Shown piece by piece: positions 42,336-56,092 of a DNA stretch of 64,000 nucleotides (its first letter is position 1; every line of letters begins with the position of its first letter). The stretch lies in contig CM052818.1 of the NCBI GenBank assembly GCA_028534125.1, forward strand, positions 12,898,001-12,962,000. Reading direction: 5' to 3'. The notes beneath the pieces are model-generated. The model saw nothing but the letters and a program-made list of their open reading frames with translations. It did no database searches and was not told the DNA's origin. The translations under genes and the position numbers were made by a program. This DNA is from Lama glama. Lineage: Eukaryota.

Positions 42336-44279
42336 GTTGTGTTCCTGAGCACTGAGTTACAGATCTGTGATAACAGTACTGCTCATGTGTCCTTTAACAA
42401 ACTTGGGTATCTATGTGCTTGTGATATGTATGTCCTCTTATAATGTAGGTCTGAGAGCCTAGGCCACTCTTTCCCAGCTGTAAGAGTGGTACTGATAAGG
42501 ATGCCACATCTTCAAATCCTTACTTTGAATTCACCCCACTTACCTTTAATTCAACTGAATTTGACTCGCACCTAATGAACCTACTGAAACTGTTACCTTG
42601 AAATTCATCAGTAGCATCCTAAGCTATGAAACCAACAGAATACTACCAAGACATAATCCTTCTGTATCAATTTCATGGACTCATCCCAGCTCCCTGAAAC
42701 TCTCCCTTTCCTGGACTTTGATGGCAATACTCTATTTTTTTCAACTCTCTCTGTGGTTACCATTTATGTTTCCTTTACTGAAACAGACTGATAATACCAG
42801 ATTACATTTATAAAAGTCAATCAACTTAATTATATGTATGCATGTAAGGATGGATCAACAGATCAAAAGATCAATGGACTAATGGATCAATGACGAAAGA
42901 AAACAATGTCTTGACTATTTGATTAAGTACTAGAATGACATGCCTTTATTAATGCAGAATGCTGATGCAACCTTGAAAAGGATATTCATTTTATAGTAAA
43001 CACACACACACATATATATACACATATGTATTCACTGTTTGTATGTATTATATGTATATACTGAATGTCAACATTGCGATATTTTTATATCATGAAAGCA
43101 CTTCCCAAACTATTTTCTACATATTCCACAAGGTTGGTTCACCAGCTATTCAACACCTATTCATGGGCTATGAATCTAGCACTCCTCAAAGCATTAGGGA
43201 TACAAAAGAGAAAAAAATATTATTTTATTTATTTCCTTCATAGGTTTTTTATTTGCTCATATGGTCTTACATGTTTTTGTTGAGATTATTCCTAGGAATT
43301 TCACATTTTACAACTTCAGTGTATTTTCTGTTCTTTTTAATGTTTATTACTGATAAAGATATTGACGTATAATATCTCTTTGAAAACAGCTGCTTTACCA
43401 AATGTTCTGAGCTGCAGTATTTTTCCCATTGATTTGCTTTGCTTTGCTTGGGAAATATTAATGGATATTAATACCACCTTCAAACAGCTTTTGTAGATAC
43501 TAAAAGCTTGCAGTCAAATATGCTCTCTCAGTTTACAAAGAAGTAAGTTGTTCCTTGTCTTTTCATTTCTTTCTAGTACTCTTAATGAAGTATTTAAAAA
43601 GTGGATATATTAGTTACTTCTGTTCTCTCTCAGATACTTATGGGTGGGAACTCAATACAAAACAACTTTTGCATCACTTTTTAGCATGCATTTTTTTAAG
43701 TTTTCTAATTTTCTCTCTGCCCTTGCCTATGCACGACTTAATAAAGTGCATATAAAGTACATTAATATCTTTTATTCATAATAACTTAAGTGAGAAAGAA
43801 CTTTTTAAGAATTCTCTTTTTCTCAGGCAAAGGAATGATCTAATTACACACTGAACTTACAATACTAAGTTCAGATAATTTAATTAAGATGTCAAATAAA
43901 TTACAGTATTATAAAGTGTTTTATTTTAAAACTAGTTTTTCATTACTTGGTTTAATATTTAGGATTTTTCCAGTGCTTATTAGAAGACTTTATTATTCTA
44001 TTATAAGCATCATGAGAATACAATTTATACTATTAAAATACTACTATATTTATGATTCATTACAGAATTTCCTGCTACTAAGCTACAGTATTGTAAGATT
44101 ACAGTAAAATATGCAAACAGACACACACAACTTACTTATTGATGACTCTGAAACTCTTAACCCACTTTCTCTCTCCAAATTTTTCCTATTCTACCTCTAA
44201 CTAACCAGACTTGGTAATTAAGAGAGAGAGAAATTATATAAAAATAAATTTTTTTTTCAGAGAAATCTGTTTTACCTAC

Positions 44280-44370
44280 CTTGTCTTTTCATCAATACTC
44301 TTTCTGTATCCTCAGGCTTCTTATTTTCTTACAAGAATTGCATCCTGTCCTCAAAGGCAACAGCAACAAC
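44280..44370 (-). other. Candidate 91-nt exon 2 of a minus-strand gene
   Basis: Branch-like CTAAT, acceptor ttcctgtttttcctaaaaacattcctag|, donor AAG|GTAGGT; ends ATGAAAAGACAAG (MKRQ). Confidence 0.45.
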
Positions 44371-45029
44371 CTAGGAATGTTTTTAGGAAAAACAGGAACT
44401 TTATTAGCTCAATCAGTCAAACAACTGAAGACAACTGGCTCCTCCCCACCAACCATTTCCAATCAACCCATACAAGCACACCCACTTTCAATCTAGGTCC
44501 CATTTTATTAAAGAACCACCTAACGCAGTAAGCAATTTGCCAATACAACGATCTATGTCAATGTGTTGAGGTATCAACTAGTAAGAACACCCCTGACTGC
44601 ACTGAGGTTTTGTCTAAAACTCATAGGGATTACCAGTTTAAAAAAATATAATATTAACCAAATCAATTACTCATTTCCTCCTCTATGACAACAAATAAAT
44701 GACTTGACCTTTGCTTTACTAAATTAACTCAATCTCTGTCTCCAGGACATTGAAACATCAACTCATCGAAAAAAAGAAAAAATCAAACTGGTTGCAGTCA
44801 AAATTTCATATTGAAGTTTGGGGCTAAAATAATTAAATGGACAATATACTCTGTACTCTTTGTTTTATCTTCTTGTCATTGTCTCACTAACAATTTGCAT
44901 TCCGTTATTTAGGGTACAAGTTAAGAGCTTTGAAAACATCAAATATTCATCAGCTGGGTCACATCTGAGTCACACCTTCAAAAAAGGTCAAAATACACAT
45001 CAAAAGAATTTTGCTCTGTGGAGGGAAAG

Positions 45030-45260
45030 AGGAGAGAGAGGTGGAGAGGTAAAGGGAACTTTCTGGTGTCTCTTCTGACACACACACTAACCTTATTGGA
45101 CTAAGGCCTGTCCCTTTGGACCTCATTTAAACTTAAGTACATCCTTAGAGGTCTCATCCTCAAACACAGCCACAGTAGGAGTTAGGGCTTCAACATACCA
45201 ATTTTGAGGGAGTTAGGGCTTCAACATACCAATTTACCAACATACATTCAGTCCATAACA
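45030..45260 (-). mobile_element. MLT1A/B-like LTR fragment with internal 27-bp tandem duplication
   Basis: ggagttagggcttcaacataccaattt at 45178-45204 and 45209-45235; ends cattcagtccataaca. Confidence 0.8.
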
Positions 45261-45519
45261 TTCCCTAAGGTCGCACAGTTAATAAGTTGTAGACCCATGA
45301 CTGAGAAACCACGAGACTCTAGCACCTGAGCTCTTACCCGTATTACCTAACTTACATTGAGTTCCTTACAACAAGCTTTCACTGCACATTAACTAGATTA
45401 AAATTAATCATAGGTATTTTCCCCCACAAGAAATATCTATGTATCTACATCTATATCTCTATACCTACATCTGTATTTTATATTGAAGGGAGGAGACTAG
45501 AAAAGAAGGCAGACCCTAT

Positions 45520-46100
45520 ACTGCGCCCACCTCAGCTGCAGCTTCTTGTTCCACAGGGTTAAGGAAGAAAATGAGGAAATAAAAGTTGTTTGGAATAATC
45601 CAGGCGTGGTTGCTTCATCTGTTTCCAGCACAATGGCTGAGGTCAGGTGTGAAACCCCCTCACGCCCGCAGGCAGCCTCATACCCGAGTAAGCTTCAGAC
45701 TGTGTCCTGGAACCATGGAGCGGAGAAAGCACCCTTTCATCCCTGTTCTTCGGGTTGTTGGCGACCTCTCAGAGACGGAATAACAAGCCGTCAGAGCCAC
45801 ACGCCCAGAGTGTCGGAGAAGATACCGAGCTGCTCGCCAGGAACGGTCCTGACGCGCTGGGCTCCACTCTGACACAGGTCTGGAAGGACTGGAGGTGGGA
45901 GACCGGATCCAGAGGTTTGCAGTGCCAGCTGGGTACCAGGCACTTCCGGCCTCCAGGGCCGCTCGGCGGTGAACAGCCTCTCTAGCCCTGCAGTCTCGCC
46001 TGCTCTCGGCACCGCGCAGCCTCCAGGATGGAAAGTCAGGAGTACTAGTGTGACCGCATCTTGCTCTCGTCTTCGCTTTCCAGTTTTATTATCTCGGGGA
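45520..46100 (-). promoter_or_regulatory. CpG-rich promoter / probable first exon of a minus-strand gene
   Basis: Only extended CpG-dense non-repeat segment; ETS CCGGAAGTG (45941-45949, - strand); X-box-like GTCGCCAACAAC (45754-45765); minus-strand donors CGG|GTATGA (45684) and GAG|GTGGGC (45531). Confidence 0.65.
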
Positions 46101-46819
46101 AGAGAATGTTCTATTACAAGTTACATTGCCTAACTTGAAAACCATCCTACAATTTTCTTCCATAAATTCGTAAGTATTCTACAGGCATCACACTAAACCC
46201 TCTTTGCTCCGTATCACTGGGTTTGTGCCATAGATAATGCCAAACTAGAGGTTTCATTTTTCAACATGGTAAATAAACACTGTATCATAGTTTCTCAAGT
46301 TGATTGAAATCATTATCTTTGGCAAGTACACAATTGCCTTTATTTCTATCCATTCTCTCAGTCTTGAAAACTTACCTATTTCTACAATTAACACATGTGT
46401 GGAAAGCATTTAACAACACATTTTATTTCAGTACCATTACTGAAAAACCCTAACATTCAGTGACTACTATTGTTGCTTAAGTCAAATTGCCCTTCATGCT
46501 CTATAAATGTTATGGCTATCTTAATTTCTTTGGTGATTTTGAGACATGTTCTCTAATATAATTGGCATTGACATTAATTCCACAAATAGAACTATCTCAT
46601 GTAAAGCAGGTGAAATCCTAACATAATTTTGAGACCATTTTATTAGATCCTGTAAAACAAGCATATGGTTCTACAGAAAGCAGTAGGTTGGATTTCAGCA
46701 AGAATTTAGAGTAAATATGACATTTCCTGATGGATGTATTTTAAAATTTAAGTTATAGAAGTTATAAAGTGTCCTTTTTATAGGAATGTTTAAAACTTCC
46801 CTTTTCATTAGTATATAGT

Positions 46820-47306
46820 TGTGGGCGCACCCAACTGACATCCTTCAAAGTCCAATGACCCCCCTTTCTGGGCTGTCAGATGTCTGTCTGTGATCCCTCA
46901 ACAGATAAAGTACATTCTTTACTGGATGTGTTTCCCCTAACAAACTAATAGCCGTAGGTAATGCCTAATCTCACAATAGCTCAGGCTGGTTTGTTTCAGC
47001 TCACCTTATCAGAATCTTAAACCCCACTGCCCTTCACAGACCCTAAATTTCTTACCGTACATACAACCAATCAGAGACTTGTGCACAAGCTGATCAGGCA
47101 CCTTGTGACCCGACCTTATGAAATATCCCAACAACCAGCCCTCAGGGCTTACACAGGCACCTCTTGTCCGTGTGGCCCATGGTTGTCTATGGCAGCATAC
47201 TCTAATAAGCCCCTTTTTTATTGTCATACTTTATAACTGGTAAATACTTTTACCAACCCAAGTGTTGCTGGCTCACCGACCAGCCACCCGGTTGTGTTCC
47301 CCAACA
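46820..47306 (+). mobile_element. Solo LTR, family A copy 1
   Basis: TG...CA, CCAAT, TSD atagt/acagt; homologous to 56093-56985. Confidence 0.85.
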
Positions 47307-47419
47307 ACAGTCGTCTACATGCAGTGAACTGTGGACAGTATTTACAGAAATGTACCCCCAAAGCAGGCTAGCCTTCAGCCAATGCACGATCCCACCACTA
47401 TTTGTACTTAGAGTAAACA

Positions 47420-49006
47420 TATTTTGGTCTTTTTCCTCAGTTCCTAACACAGACTTTCTAAAATCCTTGGAATTTCCTGAGTGATGGAGTAAAGGGAACA
47501 TCTTTTGTTATTCATAACAAGCCCCTTTCAACTATACCTCAGTGTATGGTAATGAAGTGACTCTTGGGAGGTGGTGGTTGGGGCTAGATAGCTTCTGGAT
47601 GGGGGGTGGTTGCCAGAGGAACCAATCATGTGATTAGAGGATTGGAATTTACAGCCCTACCCTCAGATCTCTGGGAAAGGGGCTGGAGATTGGGTTTAAT
47701 CACCAATGGCCAATGGTTTAATCAATCATTGCTATGTAATGGAAGCACTGTAAAAACTCCTAAATGATAGCATTCAGAGAACCACCAAGTCAGTGAACAC
47801 ATCTAGAGATTGGGAGGGTGTTGTGTCTAGAGACAGCACGGAAGCTTTAACTTCCTTAGGGGAAGCCCCTCCTCCCCATGGGAACCTTCCCCTATAACTT
47901 GCCCAATGCATCTCTACCATTTGGCTGTGAAACCAAGTCCCCCTAAAACCGAGTTCCCCTGATGAGTTTAGGATTAACCTTTCTATCCAAAATTTTATTC
48001 CCTTTTTTGTCCCACCTCTGTTTCCCTCAGGATTAAGGAATATCAAAAAAAGGAGAGATTGAAACCAACCAGGACACTGCAGGGCCCTCCCAGTTACAAA
48101 AGCCCCTCCATATCCCCTGTTTCTTGTTGGTAGAAAAAGGCTTCAGTCTTCTAGGCCTTCCCTGAGCTCCAAAGAGCAGACTCAAGAAGTCATTAATTAG
48201 AGAAGCGAGGGAAAACTGAAACAAAAGAAAAGCAGTCAAGCAAGAAAAGCTTAAACAATGGTTCAGTGACAAAACAGAGTCCTAGTTCCTCCTCAAGGGA
48301 TATACATAATAATCTGATGCGTATCTGTGAGTTGTTCTGTAGAAACTATGACCCCCACCCAGGTGGAGGATGGTGACTCCATGCTAGACCACAAGCATGT
48401 GGACTTCAGACTGGTTTGAACCAGAAGGTTGATGATTAAGATCCCCAAAACATTACCCTGTTACCTCACCATCAACCAATCAGAAAAAAGTCCACAAGCT
48501 GCACCCCTCACCCCAAAGGTTGTCTTTTAAAAGTCTTCCCTAAAAGCCACCAGGCAGTTCCAGTCTTCTGAGCATGAACTGTTAGTTCTCCTTGTGTAGC
48601 ACCCTGAAATAAACACTATCTTTCCTTCACTGCAATACGGTGTCAGGAGATTGACTTTGCTGCAGATGGGAGAGTGGACCAGAGTTTGGTTTGGTAACAG
48701 CTGTTTCTGAGTTGTATCCTTTATAATTAACCAGTAATAAAAAGTAAACTGTTTTCCTGAGTTCTGTGAGCCATTCTAGCAAATTATTGAACTCAGGGAA
48801 GGGGGGTGGGTGTGGGTGTGGAAACCCTGATTAGCAGCCAAGTTGGACAAAGTGTGGGTAACCTGGGGACCCAATAGTTGTGACTGGCATCTAAAGTGAG
48901 GATATTCTTGTGGTCTGAGGATTTAGTATCAGAATTGATTTGAATTGTAGCACGTAATCGGTGTCCAGAGAATCCAAGAATTGTTTGTTGGTGTTGGAAA
49001 ATACCA
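47420..49006 (+). mobile_element. MER21-like LTR split by a nested LTR
   Basis: cttggaatttcctgagtgat...ggttgccagaggaaccaatcatgtgattagagg...gttttcctgagttctgtgagccattctagcaaattattgaac. Confidence 0.85.
47928..48699 (+). mobile_element. ERV1-type solo LTR nested in MER21
   Basis: TG...CA; perfect 4-bp TSD GCTG (47924-47927, 48700-48703); CCAAT and AATAAA. Confidence 0.88.
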
Positions 49007-49059
49007 TAGAACACTATAAACATATTTTGAAGACATATATCACGGAAAGGGGTTGAAGT

Positions 49060-49645
49060 ATCATTATAAGCATTGTAGTCTAGGCCAACCTGGTCTAGGC
49101 CATCATCACCTCACCTCTCAACACAGCTTTCTCAACCGTCTCTTCTCCTCAGAGCAGCAAACGTGATCATTTAAAATAATAAATCATCTACTCAAAATCC
49201 TCTTCCCATGATACTAAGAATACAATGAATGCCTTACCATGACATAAAAGATCGGATAGTCCTTACCTCTTTAAATGCTTTTCTTTAACACCTTTCCTCT
49301 TTCCTTCTCTTGGACTCTTGTTTTTCCCCGACAAATTTCTCCTCAGGCTCTTCATATTTATCGTTCCTTCAGCCAGATTGACTCCCTCATCATGTCCTTC
49401 AGGACTTTACTCAAATATCACATCAGAGAGACTCTTCCTGATCACTGCTATGAAAACAATACCCCTCCACTAATATAACTCCTCTTCTTATTTCTCTTCA
49501 TAATGAAGATACAAGGTACAAGACAATCTCTACCTCACCTCCATCTAGGACACAAGCTCTATGCTTGCAGGCACTTTGTTTGGTCCTCGACCATACCTCC
49601 AGCTCCTGGACAGAACCCATTAACACACCTGAGTGAGTGAATAAA
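49060..49645 (+). mobile_element. L2 fragment
   Basis: tccttcaggactttactcaaatatcacatc...gagtgagtgaataaat. Confidence 0.6.
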
Positions 49646-49806
49646 TTCGGCAATGATATTAGGCAACAGTAAAGATAGACTGTTTCATTGCTCCTTTTTC
49701 ATACATTCAGACCTACCAGAGGTTACAGGTATAGAGACAATGTATTACAAAACATAAGTCAGCGTTTCTCACTGGGGAGCAACTATGCAGCACCTGCATT
49801 TCTTAC

Positions 49807-50236
49807 TGTTAAGATCAAATTCTAGGCTCTACTCCAGGCAGAATAAACAGAACTTCTGAAAATGAGACCTTCATTTTAACAAACTTCATTTTAACAAACT
49901 TCATAAAAACTGAATAAACAGAAACATCAATTAAATAGAGCTGGGAGGTCAGCAGGGGTTCTCTCACACCCTGCAAAGATTGGAGAGCCCAACAGAAAGA
50001 GAGACCCCTCTTCTTTGCTGGCAATGACTCAGCCAACGAAAAGCCATGGACTCGGTTGCCTGTAGCTCTCCCAACTCCCTAGTCCTCTCTATAAAAGTGC
50101 TCTCCTTCCCTTGCCTGCAGGGACTTGCAGGTGGCTGGCCACGGTTGCACATTCCGAACTGCAATTCTCTGCTGGTCCCAAATAAATATATCTTTTCTGG
50201 AGAAATATCTGGCAGTCGATCTGTTTCAGGTCAACA
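49807..50236 (+). mobile_element. ERV1-type solo LTR (LTR39-like)
   Basis: TG...CA, TATAAAA, AATAAA, TSD cttac/cttcc; internal duplication cttcattttaacaaa x2. Confidence 0.85.
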
Positions 50237-52884
50237 CTTCCTTAGAGATTACTTGAAACTGTTGCATTGAAGAATGAGTTTTAAAAGTAAGGCTTTTCAA
50301 GGCTCACCATGACCTAATCTTAAGTCCCATCTCCACCGTCTTCACTCAGGGCATACTCTTTGTGAAGTTCCTACAAAACCAACTCCATGGTTTTTCCCGA
50401 ACAAATCCTACCACACACTCTTCACTTAGCTCTTTCGTTCCTTTCAGGATTTATTCCTTGAAAATTTTCCGGACCCCATAAATGCCTACTAAAATTCAGT
50501 TCATCTTTAGAAACCCAGATCAAACGCCCTCTTCTCTACCCCAGGGTGGGGGGCATTCTTCAGTGCTCTCATAACACTTCTGCGGTCAGTATTGTATAAA
50601 AGTTATTTATGTAAAGATCCAGCTCCTTGATGTCTCTAGAGAGTAGGGACAGCTTCATTAACTGATTCTTCATTTTGTTTTTATTGCTTTTTTTAACAAT
50701 AAATTCTGCACAGTAAAGATTCATTCAATAAATACTTGCTGAGTTAAAATGTATCTAGGCTATTCTTTTAGGTTTCTTAAGATTTTTACTAGCATAATCC
50801 TGATATGAGCTAATGTGAAACAAATATGGGAAAATATAATATTGCAAGTCAGGTGATCTAGACTATAAATTCTTCTCTATGCCTGAGTAGATATCCTTCC
50901 TTCGGCAAGTCATTTAAGTTTTCTGTGCCATAGATTAATCATTTAGAGATAGTAGTTCCTGACCATTTCATAGTAATCTTCTTAGGATAAAATTAAATAA
51001 GTATGTATAAGTGCTTCAAAAATACTTTTAGAGGGCTGTACAAATGAAAGTTATTACTACTCTGGTTAATTTCACCTGCATTTAAAATAATAATAATCCC
51101 TGATGATGGAAGGTAATAGGCTCCTTGACTGCAAATATCTGAAATCCACTCTAATTAAACAGAAAACCAATTTACCAAAAGGATAGTAGATAGTTCACAG
51201 AAACACTGGAAAGATGTAAAGGAGGAGAAGAAATAAAGGAAACCAGAGTGCAGCCAAGATAGCACATAGGAGCAGTATGGATGGATACCATCATCTCTGA
51301 CACTCATCCATCTAGCAGTGGACACCGTTGCACTTGAAAACCCACTAGGACAATTCCATGAGTGAACTCAACTCTCTCTGTCTTTGAATGAGTCCCTTAA
51401 TATTGAATGTTCCATTTGTAATGTCCACTTAGCCAGGCTCTGATACTTGCCTACAATTTAGCTTCCAGGAAGTCAAAGAATTATCTACCCCTTTCACTTC
51501 TGTAGTGAGAGGCAGGGCCCACTTACCACTACTGTTAGGGTTATCCCATCATAAGAAAGATGGTTGGATCCTTGGATGCTGAGCAGCCAAAAACAACATA
51601 TGCTTACTGTAAGACTCATTTTGCCTATAGGAATATTTAAAATCTTGTTAAATGTTCTGTTTTCCTTGAAATAATTAAAACTCATTGTTGAACTTTACTA
51701 AGTACCTATCAGGTACCCAAAAAATTTACTTGAATGAAAATAATGGAAACATGTTTCAAAATAAAGGAGTAAATAAATCTAAAAGATCTGATTACAATAG
51801 TATGACAGACAAAGTTATTACACAGATTAACAGCCAGGACTATGTGGAGAAGTAATTTTAAATAACATAAAATCTGGAAATGTGTGATGAATAACCCCCA
51901 ACTATATCAGAAATCAAATTTAAAACTTTTTTTTTCCTCACAATTTGAAGCTTGGTTTAAATCTCTGTACCAATCTGGGTATTTTATGTATCTTAAATGT
52001 AAGAGGGAGAAAATTAAAGAAGAAATTAGCAATATTAAAAGACTATATCAGCATAAAATTATTTATGTCTTCTTGCAAATTTATGTATTATCTATGCTAT
52101 ACAGCAAGACATTCAATTTTCTGTATTTTTGTATGAGAACCCAAATGATTTAAATGTATTTATATGGATCTGGAAAAAATGCTTTATGGGCATGGCCTAG
52201 ATTTTTTTCCCAGTCTTAGAAACTATGGAAAAGCATAAGTTGTCATGTCTTCATTGAGGTACTGAGGCACAGTTTCAGCATTTGTAAATACAAGAATAGG
52301 AAAGATGCCATATGACCCAACACTGAGCTACCAACTAAGCTTAGACACACAGATACCCAAGAATTTGCATCTTCTTCAAAATAATTTCTCCCTTTTTAAG
52401 TTCTCCCTGTGAAAAGTGAAACTTTTTTCCAGTTCAGATGACTCAGGTTTGCTTGCCTTCAAATGAGCAAAAAGTGAAACTATTCAGTCTTTGAAAAAAA
52501 TTCTGCTAACTCAAACCATTGGAAAGTTTAATAAGTATTATCACTCTCACTTTTCCCTGAAGAGATTCAACACAATTATTGCTAGAATTTGCCCTAGATT
52601 TTTAGTCAGCTGCTGCAGGAGAATAATAATACTGCCAAAGCAGTTCGTTAAAGCTTGTGTTAATAAACTACAGCAAAATGAAACAAAAAATGGCCAATAG
52701 TTTTCAACTATTTCTCATTGGCAGCAATTACATTTATTTTTAAACATATGTAACCCCAAGTGACATTGTCCATAATTTTCACATTGGGTTCTCTTTCCAA
52801 GACAGTTAACTGACTTCCTGATGTTTCACAGTATGTCAATCCAGACAGCCTATGAAGGTGAGCTTTCTATGTTAGGGCTTAATA

Positions 52885-53209
52885 ATGCCTCACTGTTCTA
52901 GAGGCCCCAAGTCCAAGATCAAGGCAACATCAGGGTTGGTTTCTGGGGAGTCTTGGCTTGCAGACAGACAACTTCTCACTGTGTCCTCACACAGCCTTTC
53001 TCCTTTGTGCAAGAGAAGACAGAGAGTGAGCTCTGGTGTCACTTCTTCTTCTAAGGGCACTGAACCCTATCAGATTAGGGTCCCATCCTTATAACCTCAT
53101 TTAGCCTTAATCACCTCCCCAAAGGCCCTGTCTCCAAATACAGTCACATTCAGGGTTAGGGCTTCATTCAACATAAGAACTTTGAAGGGACACAAATCAA
53201 TCCCTCACA
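52885..53209 (-). mobile_element. MLT1B-like MaLR LTR
   Basis: aagtccaagatcaagg...aaggccctgtctccaaatacagtcacatt...ggttagggcttca. Confidence 0.85.
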
Positions 53210-56092
53210 CTTACTTATTAGGTTTAGTTGAAACTCTACAAATAAGTTTTCCACATAATAAGAACTTCAAACAAGTTATATCTCAGCTTAAAAGTATTCC
53301 TCTTATGAACCTTAAGAGTCTTCAGCAGAAACCCAATAAAAGCATGAAATTGTATGTTATTTATCATAAATCAGAATATGAGAATTTCAAGTTAAAAAGT
53401 TACTTCCCAATTCTTGAGGCCATTTATAAGATCATCATTTCAGTACACTGAGTTCTCTGCATTCAGAGTTTGCTTTCCCTAATACTGGAAAAGAGAACAG
53501 CTTTAATATTAGGCAGCTCCTAATAGTCATAGTAGTAAGACAAGAAAATAATATTTAATACATTCCCCAGGTATCTACAAAATTATAGTCAAATCACTGA
53601 ACCTAAATTCAAGACCACAATTTTCATGTGTGCAGTCTCACCTCCCACCCAAGGAGTCAGGGTCAGACTTCCCAGGTTCAAATCCCAAGCCCATTTATTT
53701 TTAGCAGAACGACCTTGTACTAGTTACCTGACTTCCAAGTCTTCTTGCTCCCAGCTGGTATTTCTCCTACCTCAGCCTCTCTCATTTCCAGTCATGCCAG
53801 CACACACCTAATTCCTCACCTCTGCTCCTGTCCCTTCCATACCCAGAGAGCTTCCTCCTCCTTCCCTGCTTGACCAGACTGTCATTCTCAAAGCACCAGC
53901 TAGAGCTACTCCACAGTCCTTGATTACCCCCAATTTTCTTCAGTCTCTAAGTATTCATTACATATTTACCATAAATCCAGCTCTCTGATTTCCTTTCATC
54001 AGATTCTACTCACTTATTTTGGTTCCTACCAGTCTGTGTTTAATGTGTGTGAATGCACCATCCCCCCACCCCTATTCGTTCACAGACTCCACTTATTTTG
54101 TTTTTTTAATCACCCAGAGCACCTAGCAGAGTATATATTACACAGTAGATACTCAGGAAATATTTCATTGTTCTATATTGTGTTCAGCTTATGAATCCAA
54201 GTTATTTATGAATATTTTGACTAGCCTCGCCTCCCAGCTCTCAGCTTTCAGAAGACATGAATATGCTATTTTTGGATATCTAGCATAGTGCCTTGGAAAT
54301 AGCAAACACTCAAGAAAAAATGTGGAATGAAGATTTGTTCTCATTGTCAGAACTTTAAGTGGCCGGCTGAGGCGACCAGGGAAAATAAGAAAAGCGGATC
54401 AGGGAGTAGTGCCTTGTCCACATTAACATGTGTACTGATTATGGCTCAGTACAGAAAGTAGCATTTCCTATGTTTAGAAGACAGAAAAGAAAGTTAACTG
54501 TTCAGTTGCAAAAAAAAAAAATCTGAGAACAGAATTGAAAATCATCCATTTAAATGATACTTTGTGAATAAAGACTTTCTCACCAACAGGACCAAGCCTA
54601 TTGTATTTTATGTTACAATTTTAAAATACATTTTTTATTCTTATGTTACGTGTCTCAAATGTATTAACTGATTTCTGGAACTTTCCATTATGTCCACGTG
54701 GCTCTAAGAGGTCTAAAAGATTCATGATTCCCTACCTTTAAGTATAATTAGTCAATTGCCAAGTCAGCTGAAATGTGAATGTTCTAGGCATTGTATGTAC
54801 CATTGTCCCATGAATGGCAAATTCAAGCACTTAGAAGGATCTCCTCAAGCATAATTTCTTTTCAGTGTGCCCAAGTTCTATGTAGGGGAAAAATGACCAC
54901 AGTCATCCCAGTCTAGTACCAGGTTAGCAACTACTCCAGCTATCTATGAGGCTAATATTTAAATAATAGCCATAGCTATAGTGACAAAGTTGATAGCCAG
55001 CTTTAAGTGTAAGCAGTGTGAAAAGGCCAGGGTATACACATACAAAATGGTCTTCACAGCTGGCTTGTAAGTTCTCCAGCCTCTCAGCCCATTCCTCTCC
55101 ATTCCCACCAATTTTATGATACGTTTTCTTTCTTCCATCTGGTGTCCTCTAGTTCTCTTTACTATTCTTTGATCCATCCAAAACTGCTCTTGGGAAAAGA
55201 TTATTTTTATACCTTAGTAGGAACTTGAATCAAAATGTCCCCTGCCCCAGAGACATTTCTATTTAATTCTCTTTTCTCAATATAGAAGAAAAGTTTTCCC
55301 ATATGAATTTAATTTCTGCACCGGGGATGAGGTGGCAGTGTTTTCTTCATATTAAGTAAGTAAATATGTATGTTAAGGCTTCAGAAGAAAATGAACATCC
55401 TTTCAAACACCATCTGCTATGAAAATATATATCTCCAGCCTCTTCCTCAGTGAAATCCTTCTAGAGAGCTTCAGTCTGCCAAGGTATCTTGGACACAAAT
55501 ATGTAGGGGGACTCTGAAAGGACAGAGTACTTTTAATAAAAATTGAAAGTGTAATCCCTGGGTCTGGTCTCCATTTCTCTGGGTCAGTGAACCTCCTGAG
55601 AATCAGGGGCTTTGCTGAAACACTAACACCAGCAGGAAAAGTTAACAAATCTTCTCAAATCACTAAAACTTTAAGGAGGCCTGGAGGCATTTTTGATCTC
55701 ATCTCTGAGACTACACTAAAGTCTCCTTTCTTAAATACAGTCTTCAAAATGCAAAGAAAACGTGGCATATATAAAATTCCCTTTGCAGTGTATCACTGGA
55801 CTGTTAGGTGTCACAGACTGACTGGCTGTCTCATTTTTCAGTATGATGATCATTGAAAACACATAATTAGGCTTCATAACCTCTTAGAAAGAGGATATAG
55901 AGGAGACTGACAAAAAAAGAGAAAAATTTGTTTTCCCTTATTTTATTTTGGTATATTTTTCAGTCAATATCAAGATCAAACTATACCCTGGAAAGAAAAA
56001 AAAAAAGAGGCATATTAAATGTTTACCTAGTCCTCAAGGATAAGAAATTTATGACTAAGCTTAGTTTAGAGCCTAAAGAGTTAAGTGTTGTG

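Noticed and set aside
45546..46012. Overlapping ORFs in the CpG patch as a single-exon gene
   Set aside because: Expected in GC-rich DNA; no recognisable protein similarity.
55300..55856. Candidate minus-strand terminal exon and ORFs of 81-89 aa
   Set aside because: Acceptor and ATTAAA present, but no recognisable peptide or linked exon; compatible with chance.
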